Below are positions 1 through 13,619 of a DNA stretch of 64,000 nucleotides, one piece after another. The DNA lies in assembly GCA_964016885.1 (NCBI GenBank), contig OZ024741.1, positions 312,604,001 through 312,668,000 of the forward strand, written 5' to 3'. Within the stretch, counting starts at the first letter, position 1, and the number at the start of each line of letters is the position of its first letter. The stretch comes from Eledone cirrhosa. Taxonomy: Eukaryota. The notes below the pieces were generated by a model. The model saw only the letters and a list, made by a program, of their open reading frames with translations, did not search any database and was not told where the DNA came from. A program made the position numbers and the translations under genes.

Positions 1-198
1 GTTTGTAGGCGTATGTCATCTTACCATCCCATTCCTACTGACTAGCCTCTGTGTCACGTGATTGATTCTTTAGAATCGGCCATTTGACTAGAGGCAGTGA
101 GGATTTCAGTGCATGGAATTCAGTCCCCGCTAGCTGTTCCATCTACCCAATTATTATTATTTTTATATGAGCCCCCAGTGTCCGCGCATTGCCTGGAG

Positions 199-308
199 AC
201 TTAGCTGAGAATAGACACCCTGATGACGCAATGAATTCTCGACAGTTAGATTACGTAACTGTCTTTATCCCATTGCAGAAACTAATTAGTTGGAGTGAAA
301 ATCTAAGT
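199..308 (+). ncRNA. Type I hammerhead ribozyme motif, first monomer (one per monomer along the array)
   Basis: Distal stem I ACTTAG 199-204/CTAAGT 303-308. Proximal stem I 215-219/GGAGT 292-296 (ACACC here, ACTCC in most copies). Core CTGATGA 220-226. Stem II GCAATG 228-233/CATTGC 271-276, capped by GACAGTTA 241-248/TAACTGTC 256-263. GAAA 278-281. Stem III ACT 281-283/AGT 288-290 with loop AATT. NUH triplet GTT 289-291, predicted cleavage after 291. Confidence 0.85.
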
Positions 309-3300
309 AAGAAGTTAAAATTTAAAAAAAAAACTTTTTTTAAAGGATTTTCTTATTTTACGTCTTCTATATTATTGTTCTGCATCTTCCTGCATTGAAC
401 CACCTAGGTACTATGACATAACCTGTGTATTTGCTGGCATTAGCGTACATCTGTGCGCTTATGTTAGTTGATATATTAAATTATCTATATTTATCTCCAA
501 ATCACTGAATTGTCGAGCAAACCTGCCAAAACCACTTCTAAATTTTTTAGGGGGGTGTTAGTAGGCGTCTGTCATCTTACCATCCAATTCCTACTGACTA
601 GCCTCTGTGTCACGTGATTGATTCTTTAGAATCGGCCATTTGACTAGAGGCAGTGAGGATTTCAGTGCATGGAATTCAGTCCCCGCTAACTGTTACATCT
701 ACCGAATTATTATTATTTTTATATGAGCCCCCAGTGTCCGCGCATTGCCTGGAGACTTAGCTGAGTATAGACTCCCTGATGACGCAATGAATTCTCAACA
801 GTTAGATTACGTAACTGTCTTTATCCCATTGCAGAAACTAATTAGTTGGAGTGAAAATTTAGAGTAAGTAAGTTAAAACTTTTTTTAAAAAACTTTTTTT
901 AAAGGATTTTTTTATTTTACGTCTTCTATATTATTGTTCTGCATCCTCCTGCATTGAACCACCTAGGTACTATGACATAACCTGTGTATTTGCTGGCATT
1001 AGCGTACATCTGTGCGCTTATCTTAGTTGATATATTAAATTATCTATATTTATCTCCAAATCACTGATTTGTCGAGCAAACCTGCCAAAACCACTTCTAA
1101 ATTTTTTTGGGGGGTGTTTGTAGGCGTCTGTCATCTTACCATCCCATTCCTACTGACTAGCCTCTGTGTCACGTGATTGATTCTTTAGAATCGGCCATTT
1201 GACTAGAGGAAGTGAGGATTTCTGTGCATGGAATTCAGTACCCGCTAGCTGTTCCATCTACCGAATTATTATTATTTTTATATGAGCCCACAGTGTCCGC
1301 GCATTGCCTGGAGTCTTAGCTGAGAATAGACTCCCTGATGACGCAATGAATTCTCGAGAGTTAGATTACGTAACTGTCTTTATCCCATTGCAGAAACTAA
1401 TTAGTTGGAGGGAAAATTTAAGTGAGTAAGTTAAAATTTAAAAAAAAAAACTTTTTTTAAAGGATTTTCTTATTTTACGTCTTCTATATTATTGTTCTGC
1501 ATCCTCCTGCATTGAACCACCTAGGTACTATGACATAACCTGTGTATTTGCTGGCATTAGCGTACATCTGTGCGCTTATGTTAGTTGATATATTAAATTA
1601 TCTATATTTATCTCCAAATCACTGATTTGTCGAGAAAACCTGCCAAAACCACTTCTAAATTTTTTTGGGGGGTGTTTGTAGGCGTCTGTCATCTTAACAT
1701 CCCATTCCTACTGACTAGCCTCTGTGTCACGTGATTGATTCTTTAGAATCGGCCGTTTGACTAGAGGCAGTGAGGATTTCTGTGCATGGAATTCAGTACC
1801 CGCTAGCTGTTCCATCTACCGAATTATTATTATTTTTATATGAGCCCACAGTGTCCGCGCATTGCCTGGAGTCTTAGCTGAGAATAGACTCCCTGATGAC
1901 GCAATGAATTCTCGAGAGTTAGATTACGTAACTGTCTTTATCCCATTGCAGAAACTAATTAGTTGGAGGGAAAATTTAAGTGAGTAAGTTAAAATTTAAA
2001 AAAAAAAACTTTTTTTAAAGGATTTTCTTATTTTACGTCTTCTATATTATTGTTCTGCATCTTCCTACATTGAACCACCTAGGTACTATGACATAACCTG
2101 TGTATTTGCTGGCATTAGCGTACATCTGTGCGCTTATGTTAGTTGATATATTAAATTATCTATATTTATCTCCAAATCACTGAATTGTCGAGCAAACCTG
2201 CCAAAACCACTTCTAAATTTTTTGGGGGGGTGTTAGTAGGCGTCTGTCATCTTACCATCCAATTCCTACTGACTAGCCTCTGTGTCACGTGATTGATTCT
2301 TTAGAATCGGCCATTTGACTAGAGGCAGTGAGGATTTCAGTGCATCGAATTTAGTCCCCGCTAGCTGTTCCATCTACCGAATTATTATTATTTTTATATG
2401 AGCCCCCAGTGTCCGCGCATTGCCTGGAGACTTAGCTGAGAATAGACTCCCTGATGACACAATGAATTCTCGACAGTTAGATTACGTAACTGTCTTTATC
2501 CCATTGCAGAAACTAATTAGTTGGAGTGAAAATTTAAGTAAGTAAGTTAAAATTTAAAAAAACAAACATTTTTTAAAGGATTTTCTTATTTTACGTCTTC
2601 TATATTATTGTTCTGCATCCTCCTGCATTGAACCACGTAGGTACTATGACATAACCTGTGTATTTGCTGGCATTAGCGTACATCTGTGCGCTTATGTTAG
2701 TTGATATATTAAATTATCTATATTTATCTCCAAATCACTGATTTATCGAGCAAACCTGCCAAAACCACTTCTAAATTTTTTGGGGGGGTGTTAGTATGCG
2801 TCTGTCATCTTACCATCCCATTCCTACTGACTAGCCTATGTGTCACGTGATTGATTCTTTAGAATCGGCCATTTGACTAGAGGCAGTGAGGACTTCAGTG
2901 CATGGATTTCAGTCCCCGCTAGCTGTTCCATCTACCGAATTATTATTATTTTTATATGAGCCCCCAGTGTCCGCGCATTGCCTGGAGACTTAGCTGAGAA
3001 TAGACTCCCTGTTGACGCAATGAATTCTCGACAGTTAGATTACGTAACTGTCTTTATCCCATTGCAGAAACTAATTAGTTGGAGTGAAAATTTAAGTAAG
3101 TAAGTTAAAATTTAAAAAAAAAAACATTTTTTAAAGGATTTTCTTATTTTACGTCTTCTATATTATTGTTCTGCATCCTCCTGCATTGAACCACCTAGGT
3201 ACTATGACATAACCTGTGTATTTGCTGGCATTAGCGTACATCTGTGCGCTTATGTTAGTTGATATATTAAATTATCTATATTTATCTCCAAATCACTGAT

Positions 3301-6300
3301 TTGTCGAGCAAACCTGCCAAAACCACTTCTAAATTTTTTTTGGGGGTGTTAGTAGGCGTCTGTCATCTTACCATCCCATTCCTACTGACTAGCCTCTGTG
3401 TCACCTGATTGATTCTTTAGAATCGGCCATTTGACTAGAGGCAGTGAGGATTTCAGTGCATGGAATTCAGTACCCGCTAGCTGTTCCATCTACCGAATTA
3501 TTATTATTTTTATATGAGCCCACAGTGTCCGCGCATTGCCTGGAGTCTTAGCTGAGTATAGACTCCCTGATGACGCAATGAATTCTCGAGAGTTAGATTA
3601 CGTAACTGTCTTTATCCCATTGCAGAAACTAATTAGTTGGAGGGAAAATTTAAGTGAGTAAGTTAAAATTTAAAAAAAAAAACTTTTTTTAAAGGATTTT
3701 CTTATTTTACGTCTTCTATATTATTGTTCTGCATCCTCCTGCATTGAACCACCTAGGTACTATGACATAACCTGTGTATTTGCTGGCATTAGCGTACATC
3801 TGTGCGCTTATGTTAGTTGATATATTAAATTATCTATATTTATCTCCAAATCACTGATTTGTCGAGCAAACCTGCCAAAACCACTTCTAAATTTTTTTTG
3901 GGGGTGTTAGTAGGCGTCTGTCATCTTACCATCCCATTCCTACTGACTAGCCTCTGTGTCACGTGATTGATTCTTTAGAATCGGCCATTTGACTAGAGTC
4001 AGTGAGGATTTCAGTGCATGGAATTCAGTCCCCGCTAGCTGTTCCATCTACCCAATTATTATTATTTTTATATGAGCCCCCAGTGTCCGCGCATTGCCTG
4101 GAGACTTAGCTGAGAATAGACACCCTGATGACGCAATGAATTCTCGACAGTTAGATTACGTAACTGTCTTTATCCCATTGCAGAAACTAATTAGTTGGAG
4201 TGAAAATCTAAGTAAGAAGTTAAAATTTAAAAAAAAAACTTTTTTTAAAGGATTTTCTTATTTTACGTCTTCTATATTATTGTTCTGCATCCTCCTGCAT
4301 TGAACCACCTAGGTACTATGACATAACCTGTGTATTTGCTGGCATTAGCGTACATCTGTGCGCTTATGTTAGTTGATATATTAAATTATCTATATTTATC
4401 TCCAAATCACTGAATTGTCGAGCAAACCTGCCAAAACCACTTCTAAATTTTTTGGGGGGGTGTTAGTAGGCGTCTGTCATCTTACCATCCAATTCCTACT
4501 GACTAGCCTCTGTGTCACGTGATTGATTCTTTAGAATCGGCCATTTGACTAGAGGCAGTGAGGATTTCTGTGCATGGAAATCAGTCCCCGCTAGCTGTTC
4601 CATCTACCGAATTATTATTATTTTTATATGAGCCCCCAGTGTCCGCGCATTGCCTGGAGACTTAGCTGAGAATAGACTCCCTGATGACGCAATGGATTCT
4701 CGACAGTTAGATTACGTAACTGTCTTTATCCCATTGCAGAAACTAATTAGTTGGAGTGAAAATTTAAGTAAGTTAAAATTTAAAAAAATAAACTTTTTTT
4801 AAAGGATTTTCTTAAATTACGTCTTCTATATTATTGTTCTGCATCCTCCTGCATTGAACCACCTAGGTACTATGATATATCCTGTGTATTTGCTGGCATT
4901 AGCGTACATCTGTGCGCTTATGTTAGTTGATATATTAAATTATCTATATTTATCTCCAAATCACTGATTTGTCGAGCAAACCTGCCAAAACCACTTCTAA
5001 ATTTTTTTTGGCGGTGTTAGTAGGCGTCTGTCATCTTACCATCCCATTCCTACTGACTAGCCTCTGTGTCACGTGATTGATTCTTTAGAAACGGCCATTT
5101 GACTAGAGGCAGTGAGGATTTCTGTGCATGGAATTCAGTACCCGCTAGCTGTTCCATCTACCGAATTATTATTATTTTTATATGAGCCCACAGTGTCCGC
5201 GCATTGCCTGGAGTCTTAGCTGAGAATAGACTCCCTGATGACGCAATGAATTCTCGAGAGTTAGATTACGTAACTGTCTTTATCCCATTGCAGAAACTAA
5301 TTAGTTGGAGTGAAAATTTAAGTGAGTAAGTTAAAATTTAAAAAAAAAAACTTTTTTTAAAGGATTTTCTTATTTTACGTCTTCTATATTATTGTTCTGC
5401 ATCCTCCTGCATTGAACCACCTAGGTACTATGACATAACCTGTGTATTTGCTGGCATTAGTGTACATCTGTGCGCTTATGTTAGTTGATATATTAAATTA
5501 TCTATATTTATCTCCAAATCACTGATTTGTCGAGCAAACCTGCCAAAACCACTTCTAAATTTTTTTGGGGGGTGTTAGTAGGCGTCTGTCATCTTACCAT
5601 CCCATTCCTACTGACTAGCCTCTGTGTCACGTGATTGATTCTTTAGAATCGGCCATTTGACTAGAGTCAGTGAGGATTTCAGTGCATGGAATTCAGTCCC
5701 CGCTAGCTGTTCCATCTACCCAATTATTATTATTTTTATATGAGCCCCCAGTGTCCGCGCATTGCCTGGAGACTTAGCTGAGAATAGACTCCCTGATGAC
5801 GCAATGAATTCTCGACAGTTAGAATACGTAACTGTCTTTATCCCATTGCAGAAACTAATTAGTTGGAGTGAAAATTTAAGTAAGTAAGTTAAAATTAAAA
5901 AAAACAAACTTTTTTTAAAGGATTTTCTTAAATTACGTCTTCTATATTATTGTTCTGCATCCTCCTGCATTGAACCACCTAGGTACTATGACATAACCTG
6001 TGTATTTGCTGGCATTAGCGTACATCTGTGCGCTTATGTTAGTTGATATATTAAATTATCTATATTTATCTCCAAATCACTGATTTGTCGAGCAAACCTG
6101 CCAAAACCACTTCTAAATTTTTTTGGGGGTGTTAGTAGGCGTCTGTCATCTTACCATCCCATTCCTACTGACTAGCCTCTGTGTCACGTGATTGATTCTT
6201 TAGAATCGGCCATTTGACTAGAGGCAGTGAGGATTTCAGTGCATGGAAATCAGTCCCCGCTAGCTGTTCCATCTACCGAATTATTATTATTTTTATATGA

Positions 6301-9300
6301 GCCCCCAGTGTCCGCGCATTGTCTGGAGACTTAGCTGAGAATAGACACCCTGATGACGCAATGAATTCTCGACAGTTAGATTACGTAACTGTCTTTATCC
6401 CATTGCAGAAACTAATTAGTTGGAGTGAAAATCTAAGTAAGAAGTTAAAATTTAAAAAAAAAACTTTTTTTAAAGGATTTTCTTATTTTACGTCTTCTAT
6501 ATTATTGTTCTGCATCCTCCTGCATTGAACCACCTAGGTACTATGACATAACCTGTGTATTTGCTGGCATTAGCGTACATCTGTGCGCTTATGTTAGTTG
6601 ATATATTAAATTATCTATATTTATCTCCAAATCACTGAATTGTCGAGCAAACCTGCCAAAACCACTTCTAAATTTTTTGGGGGGATGTTAGTAGGCGTCT
6701 GTCATCTTACCATCCAATTCCTACTGACTAGCCTCTGTGTCACGTGATTGATTCTTTAGAATCGGCCATTTGACTAGAGGCAGTGAGGATTTCAGTGCAT
6801 GGAATTCAGTCCCCGCTAGCTGTTACATCTACCGAATTATTATTATTTTTATATGAGCCCCCAGTGTCCGCGCATTGCCTGGAGACTTAGCTGAGTATAG
6901 ACTCCCTGATGACGCAATGAATTCTCAACAGTTAGATTACGTAACTGTCTTTATCCCATTGCAGAAACTAATTAGTTGGAGTGAAAATTTAGAGTAAGTA
7001 AGTTAAAACTTTTTTTAAAAAAACTTTTTTTAAAGGATTTTTTTATTTTACGTCTTCTATATTATTGTTCTGCATCTTCCTGCATTGAACCACCTAGGTA
7101 CTATGACATAACCTGTGTATTTGCTGGCATTAGCGTACATCTGTGCGCTTATCTTAGTTGATATATTAAATTATCTATATTTATCTCCAAATCACTGATT
7201 TGTCGAGCAAACCTGCCAAAACCACTTCTAAATTTTTTTGGGCGGTGTTTGTAGGCGTCTGTCAACTTACCATCCCATTCCTACTGACTAGCCTCTGTGT
7301 CACGTGATTGATTCTTTAGAATCGGCCATTTGACTAGAGGCAGTGAGGATTTCTGTGCATGGAATTCAGTACCCGCTAGCTGTTCCATCTACCGAATTAT
7401 TATTATTTTTATATGAGCCCACAGTGTCCGCGCATTGCCTGGAGTCTTAGCTGAGAATAGACTCCCTGATGACGCAATGAATTCTCGAGAGTTAGATTAC
7501 GTAACTGTCTTTATCCCATTGCAGAAACTAATTAGTTGGAGGGAAAATTTAAGTGAGTAAGTTAAAATTTAAAAAAAAAAACTTTTTTTAAAGGATTTTC
7601 TTATTTTACGTCTTCTATATTATTGTTCTGCATCCTCCTGCATTGAACCACCTAGGTACTATGACATAACCTGTGTATTTGCTGGCATTAGCGTACATCT
7701 GTGCGCTTATGTTAGTTGATATATTAAATTATCTATATTTATCTCCAAATCACTGATTTGTCGAGAAAACCTGCCAAAACCACTTCTAAATTTTTTTTGG
7801 GGGTGTTAGTAGGCGTCTGTCATCTTACCATCCCATTCCTACTGACTAGCCTCTGTGTCACGTGATTGATTCTTTAGAATCGGCCATTTGACTAGAGTCA
7901 GTGAGGATTTCAGTGCATGGAATTCAGTCCCCGCTAGCTGTTCCATCTACCCAATTATTATTATTTTTATATGAGCCCCCAGTGTCCGCGCATTGCCTGG
8001 AGACTTAGCTGAGAATAGACACCCTGATGACGCAATGAATTCTCGACAGTTAGATTACGTAACTGTCTTTATCCCATTGCAGAAACTAATTAGTTGGAGT
8101 GAAAATCTAAGTAAGAAGTTAAAATTTAAAAAAAAAACTTTTTTTAAAGGATTTTCTTATTTTACGTCTTCTATATTATTGTTCTGCATCCTCCTGCATT
8201 GAACCACCTAGGTACTATGACATAACCTGTGTATTTGCTGGCATTAGCGTACATCTGTGCGCTTATGTTAGTTGATATATTAAATTATCTATATTTATCT
8301 CCAAATCACTGAATTGTCGAGCAAACCTGCCAAAACCACTTCTAAATTTTTTTGGGGGGTGTTAGTAGGCGTCTGTCATCTTACCATCCAATTCCTACTG
8401 ACTAGCCTCTGTGTCACGTGATTGATTCTTTAGAATCGGCCATTTGACTAGAAGCACTGAGGATTTCAGTGCATGTAATTTAGTCTCCGCTAGCTGTTAC
8501 ATCTACCGAATTATTATTATTTTTATATGAGCCCCCAGTGTCCGCGCATTGCCTGGAGACTTAGCTGAGTATAGACTCCCTGATGACGCAATGAATTCTC
8601 AACAGTTAGATTACGTAACTGTCTTTATCCCATTGCAGAAACTAATTAGTTGGAGTGAAAATTTAGAGTAAGTAAGTTAAAACTTATTTAAAAAAACTTG
8701 TTTTAAAGGATTTTTTTATTTTACGTCTTCTATATTATTGTTCTGCATCCTCCTGCATTGAACCACCTAGGTACCATTACATAACCTGTGTATTTGCTGG
8801 CATTAGCGTACATCTGTGCGCTTATGTTAGTTGATATATTAAATTATCTATATTTATCTCCAAATCACTGATTTGTCGAGCAAACCTGCCAAAACCACTT
8901 CTAAATTTTTTGGGGGGGTGTTTGTAGGCGTATGTCATCTTACCATCCCATTCCTACTGACTAGCCTCTGTGTCACGTGATTGATTCTTTAGAATCGGCC
9001 ATTTGACTAGAGGCAGTGAGGATTTCAGTGCATGGAATTTAGTCCCCGCTAGCTGTTCCATCTACCGAATTATTATTATTTTTATATGAGCCCCCAGTGT
9101 CCGCGCATTGCCTGGAGACTTAGCTGAGAATAGACTCCCTGATGACACAATGAATTCTCGACAGTTAGATTACGTAACTGTCTTTATCCCATTGCAGAAA
9201 CTAATTAGTTGGAGTGAAAATTTAAGTAAGTAAGTTAAAATTTAAAAAAACAAACATTTTTTAAAGGATTTTCTTATTTTACGTCTTCTATATTATTGTT

Positions 9301-11781
9301 CTGCATCCTCCTGCATTGAACCACGTAGGTACTATGACATAACCTGTGTATTTGCTGGCATTAGCGTACATCTGTGCGCTTATGTTAGTTGATATATTAA
9401 ATTATCTATATTTATCTCCAAATCACTGATTTATCGAGCAAACCTGCCAAAACCACTTCTAAATTTTTTGGGGGGGTGTTAGTATGCGTCTGTCATCTTA
9501 CCATCCCATTCCTACTGACTAGCCTATGTGTCACGTGATTGATTCTTTAGAATCGGCCATTTGACTAGAGGCAGTGAGGACTTCAGTGCATGGATTTCAG
9601 TCCCCGCTAGCTGTTCCATCTACCGAATTATTATTATTTTTATATGAGCCCCCAGTGTCCGCGCATTGCCTGGAGACTTAGCTGAGAATAGACTCCCTGT
9701 TGACGCAATGAATTCTCGACAGTTAGATTACGTAACTGTCTTTATCCCATTGCAGAAACTAATTAGTTGGAGTGAAAATTTAAGTAAGTAAGTTAAAATT
9801 TAAAAAAAACAACTTTTTTTAAAGGATTTTCTTATTTTACGTCTTCTATATTATTGTTCTGCATCCTCCTGCATTGAACCACCTAGGTACTATGACATAA
9901 CCTGTGTATTTGCTGGCATTAGCGTACATCTGTGCGCTTATGTTAGTTGATATATTAAATTATCTATATTTATCTCCAAATCACTGATTTGTCGAGCAAA
10001 CCTGCCAAAACCGCTTCTAAATTTTTTTGAGGGGTGTTAGTAGGCGTCTGTCATCTTACCATCCCATTCCTACTGACTAGCCTATGTGTCACGTGATTGA
10101 TTCTTTAGAATCGGCCATTTGACTAGAGGCAGTGAGGATTTCAGTGCATGGAATTCAGTCCCCGCTAGCCGTTCCATCTATCGAATTATTATTATTTTTA
10201 TATGAGCCCCCAGTGTCCGCGCATTGCCTGGAGACTTAGCTGAGAATAGACTCCCTGATGACGCAATGAATTCTCGACAGTTAGATTACGTAACTGTCTT
10301 TATCCCATTGCAGAAACTAATTAGTTGGAGTGAAAATTTAGAGTAAGTAAGTTAAAATGTTTTTTAAAAAAATTTTTAAAGGATTTTTTTATTTTACGTC
10401 TTCTATATTATTGTTCTGCATCCTCCTGCATTGAACCACCTAGGTACTATGACATAACCTGTGTATTTGCTGGCATTAGCGTACATCTGTGCGCTTATGT
10501 TAGTTGATATATTAAATTATCTATATTTATCTCCAAATCACTGATTTGTCGAACAAACCTGTCAAAACCACTTCTAAATTTTTTTGGGGGGTGTTAGTAG
10601 GCGTCTGTCATCTTACCATCCCATTCCTACTGACTAGCCTCTGTGTCACGTGATTGATTCATTGCCTATAGACTTAGCTGAGAATAGACTCCCTGGTGAC
10701 GCAATGAATTCTCGACAGTTAGATTACGTAACTGTCTTTATCCCATTGCAGAAACAAATTAGTTGGAGTGAAAATTTAAGTAAGTAAGTTAAAATTTAAA
10801 AAAAAAAACTTTTTTTAAAGGATTTTCTTAAATTACGTCTTCTATATTATTGTTCTGCATCCTCCTGCATTGAACCACCTAGGTACTATGACATAACCTG
10901 TGTATTTGCTGGCATTAGCGTACATCTGTGCGCTTATGTTAGTTGATATATTAAATTATCTATATTTATCTCCAAATCACTGATTTGTCGAGCAAACCTG
11001 CCAAAACCACTTCTAAATTTTTTTGGGGGGTGTTTGTAGGCGTCTGTCATCTTACCATCCCATTCCTACTGACTAGACTCTGTGTCACGTGATTGATTCT
11101 TTAGAATCGGCCATTTGACTAGAGGCAGTGAGGATTTCAGTGCATGGAATTTAGTCCCCGCTAGCTGTTCCATCTACCGAATTATTATTATTTTTATATG
11201 AGCCCCTAGTGTCCGCGCATTGCCTGGAGACTTAGCTGAGAATAGACTCCCTGATGACGCAATGAATTCTCGACAGTTAGATTACGTAACTGTCTTCATC
11301 CCATTGCAGAAACTAATTAGTTGGAGTGAAAATTTAAGTAAGTTAAAATTAAAAAAAAAAACTTTTTTAAAGGATTTTCTTATTTTACGTCTTCTGTATT
11401 ATTGTTCTGCATCCTCCTGCATTGAACCACCTAGGTACTATGACATAACCTGTGTATTTGCTGGCATTAGCGTACATCTGTGCGCTTATGTTAGTTGATA
11501 TATTAAATTATCTATATTTATCTCCAAATCACTGATTTGGCGAGCAAACCTGCCAAAACCACTTCTAAATTTTTTTGGGGGGTATTACTAGGCGTCTGTC
11601 ATCTTACCATCCCATTCCTACTGACTAGCCTCTGTGTCACGTGATTGATTCTTTAGAATCGGCCATTTGACTAGAGGCAGTGAGGACTTCAGTGCATGGA
11701 ATTCTGTCCCCGCTAGCTGTTCCATCTACCGAATTATTATTATTTTTATATGAACCCCCAGTGTCCGCGCATTGCCTGGAG

Positions 11782-11891
11782 ACTTAGCTGAGAATAGACT
11801 CCCTGATGACGCAATGAATTCTCGACAGTTAGATTACGTAACTGTCTTTATCCCATTGCAGAAACTAATTAGTTGGAGTGAAAATTTAAGT
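11782..11891 (+). ncRNA. Consensus-type hammerhead ribozyme copy (representative intact unit)
   Basis: ACTCC 11798-11802, CTGATGA 11803-11809, stem II, GAAA 11861-11864, CTAATTA, GTT 11872-11874, GGAGT 11875-11879. All canonical core nucleotides are present. The position closing stem II is C/A rather than the usual G-C. Confidence 0.87.
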
Positions 11892-13619
11892 AAGTAAGTT
11901 AAAATTAAAAAAAACAAACTTTTTTTAAAGGATTTTCTTAAATTACGTCTTCTATATTATTGTTCTGCATCCTCCTGCATTAAACCACCTAGGTACTATG
12001 ACATAACCTGTGTATTTGCTGGCATTAGCGTACATCTGTGCGCTTATGTTAGTTGATATATTAAATTATCTATATTTATCTCCAAATCACTGATTTGTCG
12101 AGCACACCTGCCAAAACCACTTCTAAATTTTTTTGGGGGGTGTTTGTAGGCGTCTGTCATCTTACCATCCCATTCCTACTGACTAGACTCTGTGTCACGT
12201 GATTGATTCTTTAGAATCGGCCATTTGACTAGAGGCAGTGAGGACTTCAGTGCATGGAATTCTGTCCCCGCTAGCTGTTCAATCTACCGAATTATTATTA
12301 TTTTTATATGAACCCCCAGTGTCCGCGCATTGCCTGGAGACTTAGCTGAGAATAGACTCCCTGATGACGCAATGAATTCTCGACAGTTAGATTACGTAAC
12401 TGTCTTTATCCCATTGCAGGAACTAATTATTTGGAGTGAAAATTTAAGTAAGTAAGTTAAAATTTAAAAAAAAAAACATTTTTTAAAGGATTTTCTTATT
12501 TTACGTCTTCTATATTATTGTTCTGCATCCTCCTGCATTGAACCACCTAGGTACTATGACATAACCTGTGTATTTGCTGGCATTAGCGTACATCTGTGCG
12601 CTTATGTTAGTTGATATATTAAATTATCTATATTTATCTCCAAATCACTGATTTGTCGAGTAAACCTGCCAAATCCACTTCTAAATTTTTTTGGGGGGTG
12701 TTAGTAGGCGTCTGTCATCTTACCATCCCATTCCTACTGACTAGCCTCTGTGTCACGTGATTGATTCTTTAGAATCGGCCATTTGACTAGAGGCAGTGAG
12801 GATTTCAGTGCATGGAATGCAGTCCCCGCTAGCTGTTACATCTACCGAATTATTATTATTTTTATATGAGCCCCCAGTGTCTGCGCATTGCCTGGAGACT
12901 TAGCTGAGAATAGACTCCCTGATGACGCAATGAATTCTCGACAGTTAGATTACGTAACTGTCTTTATCCCATTGCAGAAACTAATTAGTTGGAGTGAAAA
13001 TTTAAGTAAGTAAGTTAAAATTTTAAAAAAAAAACTTTTTTTAAAGGATTTTCTTATTTTACGTCTTCTATATTATTGTTCTGCATCCTCCTGCATTGAA
13101 CCACCTAGGTACTATGACATAACCTGTGTATTTGCTGGCATTAGCGTACATCTGTGCGCTTATGTTAGTTGATATATTAAATTATCTATATTTATCTCCA
13201 AATCACTGATTTGTCGAGCAAACCTGCCAAAACCACTTCTAAATTTTTTTGGGGGGTGTTAGTAGGCGTCTGTAATCTTACCATCCCATTCCTACTGACT
13301 AGCCTATGTGTCACGTGATTGATTCTTTAGAATCGGCCATTTGACTAGAGGCAGTGAGGATTTCAGTGCATGGAATTCAGTCCCCGCTAGCCGTTCCATC
13401 TATCGAATTATTATTATTTTTATATGAGCCCCCAGTGTCCGCGCATTGCCTGGAGACTTAGCTGAGAATAGACTCCCTGATGACGCAATGAATTCTCGAC
13501 AGTTAGATTACGTAACTGTCTTTATCCCATTGCAGAAACTAATTAGTTGGAGTGAAAATTTAGAGTAAGTAAGTTAAAATGTTTTTAAAAAAATTTTTTA
13601 AAGGATTTTTTTATTTTAC

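Noticed and set aside
202-245. tRNA/SINE Pol III A-box-like TAGCTGAGAATAG
   Set aside because: There is no B-box or cloverleaf, and several T4+ runs would terminate Pol III.
53-258. Transcription-factor-like sites GTCACGTGA (E-box), TGACGCAA and TTACGTAA (bZIP-like)
   Set aside because: These short motifs fall inside RNA stems, loops or the ribozyme core, and nothing in the sequence supports promoter function.
300-556. Spliced-leader RNA or snRNA gene array (GTAAGT donor-like motifs plus Sm-like AATTTTTTGG)
   Set aside because: The donor-like and Sm-like motifs are >200 nt apart, the T run is variable and lies within a hairpin, and no leader or snRNA sequence is recognisable.
1-556. Minus-strand hammerhead in the main monomer (viroid-like two-polarity ribozymes)
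   Set aside because: I found no TCNTCAG on the + strand of the monomer, so only one polarity carries a core.
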